From assembly GCA_965215505.1 (NCBI GenBank), contig OZ244065.1:5312001-5376000 (forward strand): DNA of 64,000 bases, written 5' to 3'. Numbering within the stretch: the first letter of the stretch is position 1; each line of letters opens with the position of its first letter. The notes under the pieces are model-generated. The model ran no database searches. It was not told the origin of the DNA and was given only the letters and a program-made list of their open reading frames with translations. The position numbers were made by a program, and so were the translations under genes. The stretch is from Capsulimonadaceae bacterium (GTDB lineage: Bacteria; Armatimonadota; Armatimonadia; Armatimonadales; Capsulimonadaceae). This document shows, in pieces, positions 46,750 to 56,309 of the stretch.

Positions 46750-47535
46750 ATGTTCGACCTCGCCGCCTTCTCCGCCGACTCCTTCTGGGCCTTCTTGCAG
46801 GTCTTCGTGCGCGTCTCCTCCCTGTTCGTCACCGCGCCCGTCTTCGGCAGCCGCGAGATACCCTCTCAGGTCAAGGTCGGCCTGGCGACCCTGCTCTCCC
46901 TCGTCCTGCTGCCCTTGGTCAAGGCGACGCTGACCCAGACCGTGCCCGCTTCCGTCTTCGGCATGGCCGCCGTCCTGCTGGGGCAGGCCCTGATCGGCCT
47001 GATGATCGGTCTGGTCGTGTCCCTGACCTTCGTCGCCGTCCGCGTCGGGGGCGACCTGATTGACTACCAGATGGGCTTCACACAGGCGGCGACGTTCAAC
47101 CCGCAGTTCAACGAAACCGTCTCGCCCATCGCCTCGTTCCAGTACCGCTACGCCATCGTTCTGTACCTCCTCGCCAACGGTCACTGGCTGCTGCTGGCCG
47201 CCCTGGAGCGGTCGTTCGTCTCCCTGCCCGTCGCGCAGCTCTCGGTCCCGAGGCTGGCGGGCACCTTCACCGACCTGACCTTCGGGATGCTGGTCGCCGG
47301 CCTACAGATCGCCGCCCCGGCGGGGGCCGTGCTGCTGGTGACGGACATCGCGTTCGCCTTCCTGAACCGGGCGATGCCCTCCATGCAGGTCTTCTACGTC
47401 GGGATGCCGGTTAAGGTCCTGGTCGGCTTCGTCGTGGTCATCGCCGTCATCCCGCTGCTGACCTCGGTGACTTCGGGGCTGGTCCTCGGCTCGCCGCACC
47501 AGGTCGCCGTCCTGCTGCGGGGGATGCACAGGTAA
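46750..47535 (+). CDS. fliR: Flagellar export protein FliR
   Basis: APVFG, GDLIDYQMGF, NGH, RAMPSMQVFYVGMP. Confidence 0.93.
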   Translation: MFDLAAFSADSFWAFLQVFVRVSSLFVTAPVFGSREIPSQVKVGLATLLSLVLLPLVKATLTQTVPASVFGMAAVLLGQALIGLMIGLVVSLTFVAVRVGGDLIDYQMGFTQAATFNPQFNETVSPIASFQYRYAIVLYLLANGHWLLLAALERSFVSLPVAQLSVPRLAGTFTDLTFGMLVAGLQIAAPAGAVLLVTDIAFAFLNRAMPSMQVFYVGMPVKVLVGFVVVIAVIPLLTSVTSGLVLGSPHQVAVLLRGMHR

Positions 47536-47538
47536 TCC

Positions 47539-48612
47539 ATGGCCGAAGGCGAAGAAAAATCGTTCCCCGCCACGCCCAAGCGGCGGGAGGAGGCGCGCAA
47601 GAAAGGGCAGGTCGCCCGCTCCTCGGAGTTCGGCGCGGCCCTGACTCTGCTGGCCGTCGTGCTGACGCTCCACGCCCTGCTGCCCGGCGAGGGCGGCCTG
47701 AGCCTGCTGCGCGACCTGCAATCCACCTTCCAGTTCAGCCCCCACGACTCCGCCTTCACCTTCACGACCGTGCATCAGTGGCACACACGCGCATTGGGCT
47801 GGGAGGCGAAGATCGTCCTGCCCGTCCTGCTCCTGGCCGTCGCCCTGGGCCTGGTCTCGGGCGTCGGCCAGGTGGGGTTCGCCGTCACGCCCGAAGCGCT
47901 GGCCCCGCAGTGGAACCGGGTCAATCCCGCCACCGGCCTGAAGCGGCTGCTCTCGACGCGCGGCTCGGTCGAGGCGCTCAAGGGCCTGCTCAAGATGGGG
48001 CTGGTCGGCGGCGTCTGCTACAACACCCTGCGCGGCGGGATCGAGTCGGGCGAGCTGCTCCGCACCATGGGCGAGCCGCTGACCGAGGTAGTCTCGGTCG
48101 TGGGCGGCCTGATCTGGACCCTGGGCCTGCGCGTGAGCGTCATCCTGATGATCCTCGCCGTCGCGGACTATGCCTACCAGAAGTACGAGTTCGAGAAGTC
48201 GCTGAAGATGAGCCTCACCGAGATCAAGCAGGAGGCCAAGCAGTCCGACGGCGACCCGCAGATCAAGGCCAAAATCCGGCGGCTCCAGCGCGAGATGGCC
48301 AAACGGCGTATGATGCAGGACGTGCCCAAGGCCGACGTCGTCGTCACCAACCCCACCCACTACGCCGTCGCCCTGACCTATGACGGGGGAGGGTCCGCCC
48401 CCAAAGTGGTCGCTAAAGGCCGGGACGAGGTCGCCGCCCGCATCCGCGAGATCGCCCGCGAGAACAAGGTCCCACTGGTGGAAAACAAGCCCCTCGCCCG
48501 CACCCTCTACAGCACGGTCGAGATCGGCCGCGAAATCCCCGCCGACCTCTTTGAGGCAGTCGCTCAAGTGCTGGCCTTCGTCTACCGCACCTACGGCCGC
48601 CGGAAGCGTTAG
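47539..48612 (+). CDS. flhB: Flagellar export protein FlhB
   Basis: ATPKRREEARKKGQVARS, KQSDGDP, TNPTHYAVAL cleavage motif. Confidence 0.95.
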   Translation: MAEGEEKSFPATPKRREEARKKGQVARSSEFGAALTLLAVVLTLHALLPGEGGLSLLRDLQSTFQFSPHDSAFTFTTVHQWHTRALGWEAKIVLPVLLLAVALGLVSGVGQVGFAVTPEALAPQWNRVNPATGLKRLLSTRGSVEALKGLLKMGLVGGVCYNTLRGGIESGELLRTMGEPLTEVVSVVGGLIWTLGLRVSVILMILAVADYAYQKYEFEKSLKMSLTEIKQEAKQSDGDPQIKAKIRRLQREMAKRRMMQDVPKADVVVTNPTHYAVALTYDGGGSAPKVVAKGRDEVAARIREIARENKVPLVENKPLARTLYSTVEIGREIPADLFEAVAQVLAFVYRTYGRRKR

Positions 48613-48718
48613 CGCCTCCCCGGAACTACTCCCAAACGCGGGCAGGTATTTCCCCTGTCTTCCGCGAACAGGGGAGCGTCGTCAAGCGGGCGAACATCAT
48701 CACGAGGGGTAGCAGGAC

Positions 48719-49240
48719 ATGATCAACGGTCCGGGCGACATGCAGTACGCCGTTGCCCAAAGACAAACGCAGGTCGGCGGCGGCTGGTTCTTCTAGATCG
48801 CCGGGTTTTCCGTCGTCAATTCCCTTATGAGCCTCGCCGGGGCAGGCATCCATTTTGCGGTCGGGCTGGGCACGACCGAGTTGTTTGATGTTTTCGGGGG
48901 CCACTCCGGGGCGGCGGGCAAGGGGGTCGCACTCGGCCTGGACATCCTGGCCGCCGGCTTCTATGCGCTGTACGGGCTGTTCGCGCGCAAAGGGGCGCGC
49001 TGGGCTTTCGTGGCCGGAATGGTCTTCTATGCCCTCGATGGGCTGCTGCTGCTTTATGTGAAGGACTGGCTGGCCGCCGCCTTCCACGCCTACGTCCTGT
49101 TCCGGCTCTTCCAGGGATTCCAGGCCGCCGGGCAGCTCGCCGCCCTGCGCGCCCAGTCGTCGGGCGGCCCCTACGCCGGCTATGTGCCGCCCGCCTCCGC
49201 CCCTTCAAATGACGTCTGGCCCCCGCCCCCCAATGTTTGA
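48719..49240 (+). pseudogene. Membrane protein with in-frame TAG at 48794-48796
   Basis: SD-like AGGA plus ATG 48719; GGGWFF*IAGFSVVNSL continues in frame into ORF 48827-49240. Confidence 0.65.
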
Positions 49241-49278
49241 ACCTGTGTTATAATGGAAGCATATAGAAGCAAAAAGCA

Positions 49279-49686
49279 ATGGAAATCATCATCTTCGTGG
49301 ACGGCGCCTCTAAAGGCAACCCCGGCGCGGCGGGCATCGGCGTCCTCGTGACCGACGCGGACGGCGTGACCCTGGCCGAGATCGGCGAGGGCATCGGGCA
49401 GACCACCAACAACGTCGCCGAGTACAAGGCCCTCATCCGGGGACTGGAGGAGGCACACGCGCGCGGCGCGCGGCGTGTCACTGTCCACACCGACAGCCAG
49501 CTCATGGCGCGGCAGATGGAGGGGCGCTACAAGATCAACGCCCCGCACCTGAAGGCGCTCCAGCAGGAGGCATCCGCCCTCTGCCGGCTGTTCCCCGGCG
49601 GCGTCACCCTGACACACATCCTGCGCGAAGGCAACGCCCGCGCCGACCAGCTCGCCAACCAGGGGGCGCGTCTGGCGGCGGCCTGA
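49279..49686 (+). CDS. rnhA: Ribonuclease HI (archaeal/Gram-positive-like type)
   Basis: DGASKGNPG, TNNVAEY, DSQL, REGNARADQLAN. Confidence 0.9.
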   Translation: MEIIIFVDGASKGNPGAAGIGVLVTDADGVTLAEIGEGIGQTTNNVAEYKALIRGLEEAHARGARRVTVHTDSQLMARQMEGRYKINAPHLKALQQEASALCRLFPGGVTLTHILREGNARADQLANQGARLAAA

Positions 49687-49710
49687 CTTCACCGAGAAGG
49701 CGAGGACCTA

Positions 49711-51957
49711 ATGGTTTGCCCGTATTGCAGTCACAAGAACACGGCCACGGCCACCCTCTGTAACCAGTGCGGCATCCTGCTGCACCTTGGCCGGACCAGC
49801 CGCGCCATCACGCACGGCGGCGGGAACGGACATGGCGGGGCCGGACACGGCATGGACTTCGTCCGCAGCATCCTGCCGGGGCACCGGGTGAAGGCCCACC
49901 ACACCGCCCTCCACTCCCAAACCGAGGTCCTGGTCAAAGAGGTCCAGGAGCGCGCCGAGGCGGACCTGAAGGACCCCGCCCGCGCGCCCGCCGCCCGGCT
50001 GGCTCTGGGCGCGCTGTTCCTGCTGCACGGCGAGGTAGAGAAGAGCGTCCACTGGTTCCAGCAGGCGCGGCAGATGGGCGGGGCCGAGGCCGAGTTCCTG
50101 AACAACGCCGCCGTCGCGCTTGCCCGGCGCGGGACGCTGGCGCAGGCCGCCGAACTGTTCGAGCAGGCCGCCCGGCGCAGCCCGGACTCGGCCGCGCCCC
50201 GCGCGAACCTCGCCCACCTGTTCGCCGAGGCCGGGGCGGACCCCGACCCGGCGGGGGCCGCCCATGCGGTCGAGCTGATCCGGCAGGCCATCGCCCTGGA
50301 GCCGGAGAACCCGACGCTCCATAACCGGCTCGCCCTGATCCTCTGCCGGGAGCGGCGCTACGACGAGGCCGTGCCCCACTTCGTCCGCGCCTTGAAACTG
50401 GCGGGGGCCGACGACGCCGCCAAGGCGGACGCCGAGAACGACACCGGCCTCGCCCTGGCCCTGTGCGGCGATCTGGCGACGGCGGAGAAGGCGTTCGAGG
50501 CCGCACTGAAGCTCGACCCGCACCACGCCCACGCGCTTTCCAACGGCTGTCTGGCGCGGATGGGGGACGGCGGCATCGAGGGGGCGGAACTGGACAGGCT
50601 CGCCAGGGCCGCCCACCTCGACCCAAAGAGCGGTGCCGTCCGCGCGAACCACGGCTACGTCCTGTGCCGGGTCGGCGCGGTCAACGACGGCATCCTGGAG
50701 CTGAAGGAGGCCGTCGCCCTCAGCCCGCGTCTGTTCGAGGCCGGCTACAACCTGGGGAAAGCCTATGCCGACGGCGGTGCCCTGGATGTCGCCGAACGCT
50801 GCCTGGCCCGCGCCGTGCAGCTCAGTCCGAACTCCGGTTCGGTCCTGACCGCCCTGGGTGCCGTCAAGGCCGCCCAGCGGCTGCTGCCGCCGGCGGTCGG
50901 CTACTTCGAGGCCGCCCTCAAAGCCTGGCCGCGCTCCGCCCTGGCCGAAGCCAATTTGAGCATCGCGCTGGGACTGTCCGGCGACTACCCCGGCGCGAGG
51001 AAGCATCTCAAAAAGGCGGGCGAGCTAGACCCCAGAGACCCGCACGTCTCCGCCCAGGTCGCCTGGCTCCAGCTCATGCAGGACAACCTGACCGTGGGCC
51101 TGGACGAGCTGGGCATCGCCCTGAAGATGGGCGAACACCTCCCCGAAGTCCACAACAACCTTGGCCTGTGCTACATCGCCCTGGGCAAGCCCGAGCTGGC
51201 CCTGCCGCGATTCAAACGCGCCCTGGACCTGAACCCCGACTTGCACGCCGTCCACTTCCAGTGGGGCTGCGCCCACGCCGCCCTGCACAACCCCGAGGGC
51301 GCGCTGCGCGAGTGGGAGCTGTCGGCGAGGCACGAGCCGGCCAGCCCCGACTGCCACGTCAACCGGGGCGTCCTGCTCTACCAGAAGGGACAGGTCGAGG
51401 AGGCCGTCGCCGAGTTCCGGCACGTCATCATCCTGCGCGAAACCCGCATGGAGGACTTTTCGAACCTCGGCCTCGCCTACGCCAAGTCCGGGATGGCCCT
51501 CCGCACCGCCGCCCGCAACCCGCAGGACGCGCGCATGAAGCAGGCCATAGACCGCCACAAACAGGCCATTGACATGTTCGACCGCGCCCTGGCCCTGGAC
51601 CCGAGAAACGTCATGCTCCACTCCAACCGTGGCCTCGCCTGCTTCTTCGCCTCTCGCCCCGAGGAGGCCATGCGCGAGTGGGCGACCGTCACCAAACTCG
51701 ACCCGGCCTACGCCCGCAAGCGCGGGACGCGCCAGCAGTCCGAGTTCGACGACTCGAACCTCACCCTCATGCCGTTCTCCGTGCCCGCCCGCGCCATCTC
51801 CCTCCTCGCAAAGACCGGCCCCTACCTGCCTCGCTTCGCCGCCGGTTACGACACCGACGAGTGGGACCTGATCCTGAGCGACCCCGCCCTCGCCCGCCTG
51901 TCCGAGATGCGCCGCGAGATGCGCCGCCTGGACCGCGACCTGGCCGGGCTGCACTGA
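49711..51957 (+). CDS. Multi-TPR protein with N-terminal zinc ribbon
   Basis: CPYC-x10-CNQC; many TPRs (HNNLG, YNLG, NRG). Confidence 0.85.
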   Translation: MVCPYCSHKNTATATLCNQCGILLHLGRTSRAITHGGGNGHGGAGHGMDFVRSILPGHRVKAHHTALHSQTEVLVKEVQERAEADLKDPARAPAARLALGALFLLHGEVEKSVHWFQQARQMGGAEAEFLNNAAVALARRGTLAQAAELFEQAARRSPDSAAPRANLAHLFAEAGADPDPAGAAHAVELIRQAIALEPENPTLHNRLALILCRERRYDEAVPHFVRALKLAGADDAAKADAENDTGLALALCGDLATAEKAFEAALKLDPHHAHALSNGCLARMGDGGIEGAELDRLARAAHLDPKSGAVRANHGYVLCRVGAVNDGILELKEAVALSPRLFEAGYNLGKAYADGGALDVAERCLARAVQLSPNSGSVLTALGAVKAAQRLLPPAVGYFEAALKAWPRSALAEANLSIALGLSGDYPGARKHLKKAGELDPRDPHVSAQVAWLQLMQDNLTVGLDELGIALKMGEHLPEVHNNLGLCYIALGKPELALPRFKRALDLNPDLHAVHFQWGCAHAALHNPEGALREWELSARHEPASPDCHVNRGVLLYQKGQVEEAVAEFRHVIILRETRMEDFSNLGLAYAKSGMALRTAARNPQDARMKQAIDRHKQAIDMFDRALALDPRNVMLHSNRGLACFFASRPEEAMREWATVTKLDPAYARKRGTRQQSEFDDSNLTLMPFSVPARAISLLAKTGPYLPRFAAGYDTDEWDLILSDPALARLSEMRREMRRLDRDLAGLH

Positions 51958-52098
51958 GGGCGGCGCGACGACAAAACGGCCCCGGCGCAGGATGCGCTGG
52001 GGCCGTCTCATTGTTATCGTCAACTGGCCGCACGGCCAGGGGAAGTGGGTGCGGAGGACGGCCCGACCGGCGACTCTGACGGCGAACCATTCCCACAT

Positions 52099-52692
52099 TT
52101 AGGACGCCGGCACGGCCTCTTTTGTTCCTCCGCCCGCTGTTTTTTCGGCATCCCCGGCGACCGGCAGTGTGACCAGGGTGTCCAGGCGCAGGGACCGCAG
52201 GGCGGCGGACAGGGCGCGGCGCTCCGTCTCCCCTTCGGCCGGTCCGCCGGGGGCGAGCCAGCGCGCCACGAGGCGGCCCAGCCGCTTCTCGGCGTAGTCG
52301 TCCGCCCACCTCTCGATCTTCTGCTCCACCAGAGCCGCCTTGCGCGGCGGGGTCGCGCGGCGGTTCAGGAAGCGCGTGACGTGGTGGCCGACCTCGTGGA
52401 AGATCGTATAAGCCAGGTGCAGGCGCAGGGCAAAATCCCGAACCCGCGCGGGCAGCGGCAGCAGGGGCGTGACGTGCGGCCGCAGGTACAGCTCGACGGC
52501 GACGCCCGTGTGGTCCTGCCGCCAAATGCCCAGTGCCTTGCCTTTGGGGTCCTCGTCCCACATCAGGAACGCTTCCAGCTGCCGCAGGTGTTCGCGCGGC
52601 AGGACCGCCACGGCCTCCTCGACAGCCTCGTGCAAAACCCCCACGCCGCCCACGTCTTCATAATCGCCGTTCAAGTGCCAGTCCAGGCGCAT
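52099..52692 (-). CDS. Hypothetical zincin-motif protein
   Basis: TIFHEVGHH...E..AD.YA. Confidence 0.6.
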   Translation of the reverse strand: MRLDWHLNGDYEDVGGVGVLHEAVEEAVAVLPREHLRQLEAFLMWDEDPKGKALGIWRQDHTGVAVELYLRPHVTPLLPLPARVRDFALRLHLAYTIFHEVGHHVTRFLNRRATPPRKAALVEQKIERWADDYAEKRLGRLVARWLAPGGPAEGETERRALSAALRSLRLDTLVTLPVAGDAEKTAGGGTKEAVPAS

Positions 52693-52699
52693 GGAAATC

Positions 52700-53473
52700 T
52701 CACCCTAAAATGTGCAGGCCGTTGTCCACATAGATCACCTCGCCCGTGATGCCGCGCGCCCAGTCGGACAGCAGGAACGCCGCCGCGTCGCCCACCTCGC
52801 CGATGGTAGTGTTCTTCCGCAGCGGTGCCCGATCGCGTGCCTCCCGGTGCATGTCCGTGAAGCCGCTGATGCCGCGCGCCGATAGTGTCATGGTCGGCCC
52901 CGCGCTGATGGCGTTGACCCGCACCCCCTGCGGCCCCAGGTCACTCGCCAGGTAGCGCACCGAAGCCTCAAGGGCCGCCTTGGCGACTCCCATGACGTTG
53001 TAGTTGGGCAGGACGCGCTCCGAGCCGAGGTAGGTCAGGGTCAGGATGCTGCCGCCCTCGGTCATCAGCGGCTCGGCGGCGCGGGCCGCCGCCGTCAGCG
53101 TGTAGGCCGAGATGTCCAAAGCCTGCGCGAATCCCGCGCGAGACGTGTTCACGAACCGCCCGCTCAGGTCCTCCCGATTGGCGAAGGCCGCGCCGTGAAT
53201 CACGAAGTCTATGCGCCCGAACTCCCACGTCAAGGTCTCTTGCAGCGCCCCGATCTGCGCGTCGTCGGTCAGGTCGCACCCCTGGATGACCGTCCGGTCG
53301 CCTCCCGGCAGCGTCGGGGCCAGCTTGCGGACATCCTTCTCCTCGCGCTCCCCCAGGAACGTCAGGGCCAGCCGCGCCCCCTCGCGCGCCAGGCTCTGCG
53401 CGCAGCCCCAGCAGAGCGACCGGTCGTTCCGCACCCCGTAGATGATGCCCTGCTTGCCCTCTAAAATGCCCAT
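52700..53473 (-). CDS. fabI: Enoyl-ACP reductase
   Basis: GVRNDRSLCWG, LTYLGS, YNVMGVAKAALEASVRYLA, NAISAGP. Confidence 0.93.
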   Translation of the reverse strand: MGILEGKQGIIYGVRNDRSLCWGCAQSLAREGARLALTFLGEREEKDVRKLAPTLPGGDRTVIQGCDLTDDAQIGALQETLTWEFGRIDFVIHGAAFANREDLSGRFVNTSRAGFAQALDISAYTLTAAARAAEPLMTEGGSILTLTYLGSERVLPNYNVMGVAKAALEASVRYLASDLGPQGVRVNAISAGPTMTLSARGISGFTDMHREARDRAPLRKNTTIGEVGDAAAFLLSDWARGITGEVIYVDNGLHILG

Positions 53474-53622
53474 GTGTCTTGATGCCTCCTCGCAAAGATC
53501 GCGCGATGCGCTGATTTGAAGGCATTTTACCTGATTACGGGCACGAACGCGCAGGAAAAGCCGCTCCGGGCGTCGTAACTCAAACCACACTCCGCCGCCT
53601 GAGGGCTTGGAAAGAACCCGTC

Positions 53623-56226
53623 ATGCCGCCGCCGACGATGCCCGTCACGTTCCTGTTCACCGACATCGAGGGCAGCACCAAACTCTGGGAGCGGCACCCC
53701 GACGCCATGCGCGCCGCCCTGGCCCGCCACGACGCCCTCGTGCGCGAGGCCGTCGCCGGGCGGCGGGGCCGCGTCTTCAAGACGGTCGGGGACGCCTTTT
53801 GCGCCGCCTTCGAGTCCGCCCCGGACGCCCTGGCCGCCGCCCTGGCGGTCCAGGCCGGCCTGCACTCGTGGCCGCCGGGGGACATGCCGCCCCTGCGCGT
53901 CCGCATGGCCCTCCACACCGGCCCCGCCGAGGAGCGCGACGACGACTACTTCGGCCCCGCCCTCAACCGGGTGGCCCGCCTGCTGGCCGTCGGGCACGGC
54001 GGGCAGACGCTGCTGTCCTCGGCGGCCTGGCAGGAAGTCGCCGATGATCTGCCGCCCGGCGTCACACTGCACGACCTCAAAAGCCACCGCCTCAAAGACC
54101 TGTCCCAGCCCGAACACGTCTGGCAGGCAGGCCAGGATGGTCTGCCCGAGGACTTCCCGCCGCTGCGCTCGCTCGGGGCCAACAACCTGCCCGTCCAGGT
54201 GACCTCGTTTGTCGGGCGCGAGGCCGACCTGGTGGACGTCAAGCGCCTGTTGGCTACGCACCGTCTGCTCACACTGGTTGGGCCGGGCGGGGCGGGCAAG
54301 ACGCGCCTCGCCCTGCAAGCCGCCGCCGAGGCCGCTCCCGACGACGGCGTCTGGATGGTGGACCTCGCCCCGCTCGCGGACCCGGAGCGGGTGACGCAGG
54401 CGGTCGCCACCGTGCTGAACGTGCGCGAGGAGCCGGGCCGCCCGGTGACCGGGGCCTTGGCCGAGAGCCTGCGGGACAAGGACCTGCTGCTCATTCTCGA
54501 CAACTGCGAGCATCTGATCGGCGCGGTCGCCGTCCTGGCCCAAGCCCTCCTCCAGTCCTGCCCCCGAGTCCGCCTCCTGGCGACCAGCCGGGAGCGGCTG
54601 GGCATCCCCGGCGAGCGCGTCTACGCGGTTCCGACCCTGACCCTGCCGGATCTGGGCCGTCCCCAGACCGCCCTGGAGATGGGCGGCTCCGACGCGGGCC
54701 GCCTGTTCCTGGACCGGGCCGCCCTCCACCCCGGCTTCGCCCTCACCGACGACGCCGCCCCGGTCCTCGCCCGCCTCTGCCACCGGCTCGACGGCATCCC
54801 CCTCGCCATTGAATTAGCGGCGGCCCGGACGCGCTCGCTGACCGTGGAGCAGATCAACGACCGCCTGGACCAGCGGTTCCGCCTGCTGACGGGCGGCAGC
54901 CGGACTGCCCTGCCGCGCCAGCAGACCTTGCAAGGCTTGATGGACTGGTCCTACGAGCTGCTCACCGCCCCGGAGAAAATCCTGCTCTGCCGCCTGTCCG
55001 TGTTCGCGGGCGGCTGGACCCTGCCGGCGGCGGAGGCGGCCTGTGCGGGGGAGGGGATCGAGGACTGGGAAGTGCTCGACCTGCTGACCGGGCTTGTGGA
55101 CAAGTCCCTGGTCGTCTTCGACACCCAGCGCTACCGCCTGCTTGAAACGGTCCGCCTGTACGCCCGCGAGCGGCTCGACGAGACTCCCGGCGCGGAGGCG
55201 GCCCGCGAGCGCCACGCCGAGTATTACTGCTCGCTGGCGGCGGACACGGAGCCAAGCCTGTACGGGGCCGACGCCGCCGCGTCCCTCGATCTACTGGAAG
55301 CCGAGAGCGCCAACCTCCGCGCCGCCATCGCCTGGCTCCAAGCGCGGGGCAACGCCGAGGAGGCGCTGCGCCTGGTGAACAACCTGGCGCGCTTCTGGCA
55401 GGTGCGAGGTCACCTGAGTGAAGGGCGCGGCTCCCTGGAAGCCGCGCTCTCGCTCGGCGATCCGGGGGAAACCAGCAAGCGGCGGGCCGTGGCGCTGTTC
55501 TATGCGGGTGCCATCGCCCACACGCAGGGAGATCTGCTTGGGTCGGCGTCGCTCCTGGCCCGGTGTGTGGACGCCTACGAACGGCTCGGTGAGTACGACA
55601 ATGTGAACCTCATCCGAGGCAACATCGGGGCATTGCTGACTGCGCTCGGGGAATACGCGCAGGCTCGCGCCGTGCTGGAAGAAGTGCTGCTCTACCATCA
55701 GCAGAGCGACCGCAGGGAGGATCTCGCCGCCACCCTGGGGCACCTCGGAGAACTCGCCCGCCTGGAAGGGGACCAGAACGCCGCCGGCCTGTACCTGATG
55801 CAGAGTCTCACGCTCTGGCGCGAAATCGGAAACGCCCATGCCGCCTCCGTGCAGCTCAACAACCTGGCCCGCGTCGCCACGCGGCGGGGCGACCTGCCGG
55901 CGGCTGGCGGCTACGTCCGCGAGGCGATCACCCTGCGGCGCGAACTGGGCGACGTCAAGGGCCTTCTATGGTCCCTGGATGCCGCCGCCGCTCTGGCCGC
56001 CGTTGGGGGCCAGCCCGCCGAGGCCGCCCGGCTCTACGGGGCGGTCGAAGCACTGGAGGCCGCGCACAGCATCATCGCGCCTCCCACGGAGATCGCCGAG
56101 CGCGACCACTTCCTCGCCCAAGCCCGTGCGGGCCTGCCGAGCGCCGAGTTCGCCGCGCTCTGGACACAAGGCCGGGGCCTGACGCTGGATCAGGCCATCG
56201 CCACCGTGCTGGACAGCCCAGAGTGA
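53623..56226 (+). CDS. Class III nucleotidyl cyclase - STAND (NB-ARC-like) ATPase - TPR protein
   Basis: FLFTDIEGST, GDAF, DYFGPALNRVARL; GPGGAGKTRLA, LDNCEH, LDGIPLAIELAAAR; C-terminal TPRs. Confidence 0.9.
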   Translation: MPPPTMPVTFLFTDIEGSTKLWERHPDAMRAALARHDALVREAVAGRRGRVFKTVGDAFCAAFESAPDALAAALAVQAGLHSWPPGDMPPLRVRMALHTGPAEERDDDYFGPALNRVARLLAVGHGGQTLLSSAAWQEVADDLPPGVTLHDLKSHRLKDLSQPEHVWQAGQDGLPEDFPPLRSLGANNLPVQVTSFVGREADLVDVKRLLATHRLLTLVGPGGAGKTRLALQAAAEAAPDDGVWMVDLAPLADPERVTQAVATVLNVREEPGRPVTGALAESLRDKDLLLILDNCEHLIGAVAVLAQALLQSCPRVRLLATSRERLGIPGERVYAVPTLTLPDLGRPQTALEMGGSDAGRLFLDRAALHPGFALTDDAAPVLARLCHRLDGIPLAIELAAARTRSLTVEQINDRLDQRFRLLTGGSRTALPRQQTLQGLMDWSYELLTAPEKILLCRLSVFAGGWTLPAAEAACAGEGIEDWEVLDLLTGLVDKSLVVFDTQRYRLLETVRLYARERLDETPGAEAARERHAEYYCSLAADTEPSLYGADAAASLDLLEAESANLRAAIAWLQARGNAEEALRLVNNLARFWQVRGHLSEGRGSLEAALSLGDPGETSKRRAVALFYAGAIAHTQGDLLGSASLLARCVDAYERLGEYDNVNLIRGNIGALLTALGEYAQARAVLEEVLLYHQQSDRREDLAATLGHLGELARLEGDQNAAGLYLMQSLTLWREIGNAHAASVQLNNLARVATRRGDLPAAGGYVREAITLRRELGDVKGLLWSLDAAAALAAVGGQPAEAARLYGAVEALEAAHSIIAPPTEIAERDHFLAQARAGLPSAEFAALWTQGRGLTLDQAIATVLDSPE

Positions 56227-56309
56227 TGCCGCAAACCGGGCAGGAAACCGCGCGCCCGCCGTCGAACACTGAGGCCGAACCACTTTCCCGAACGCTAGGA
56301 GCAGTCGCC

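Noticed and set aside
11215-48796. Amber recoding (pyrrolysine or TAG reassignment) to explain two in-frame TAGs
   Set aside because: The contexts imply different residues (probably Gln at 11215, Trp at 48794), TAG is a normal stop for many genes here (e.g. purF, fliQ, flhB), and no pyl or suppressor tRNA genes are visible.
49279-49686. RNase H as part of a retroelement or retron
   Set aside because: Stand-alone RNase HI with its own -10 box; no reverse transcriptase in the window.
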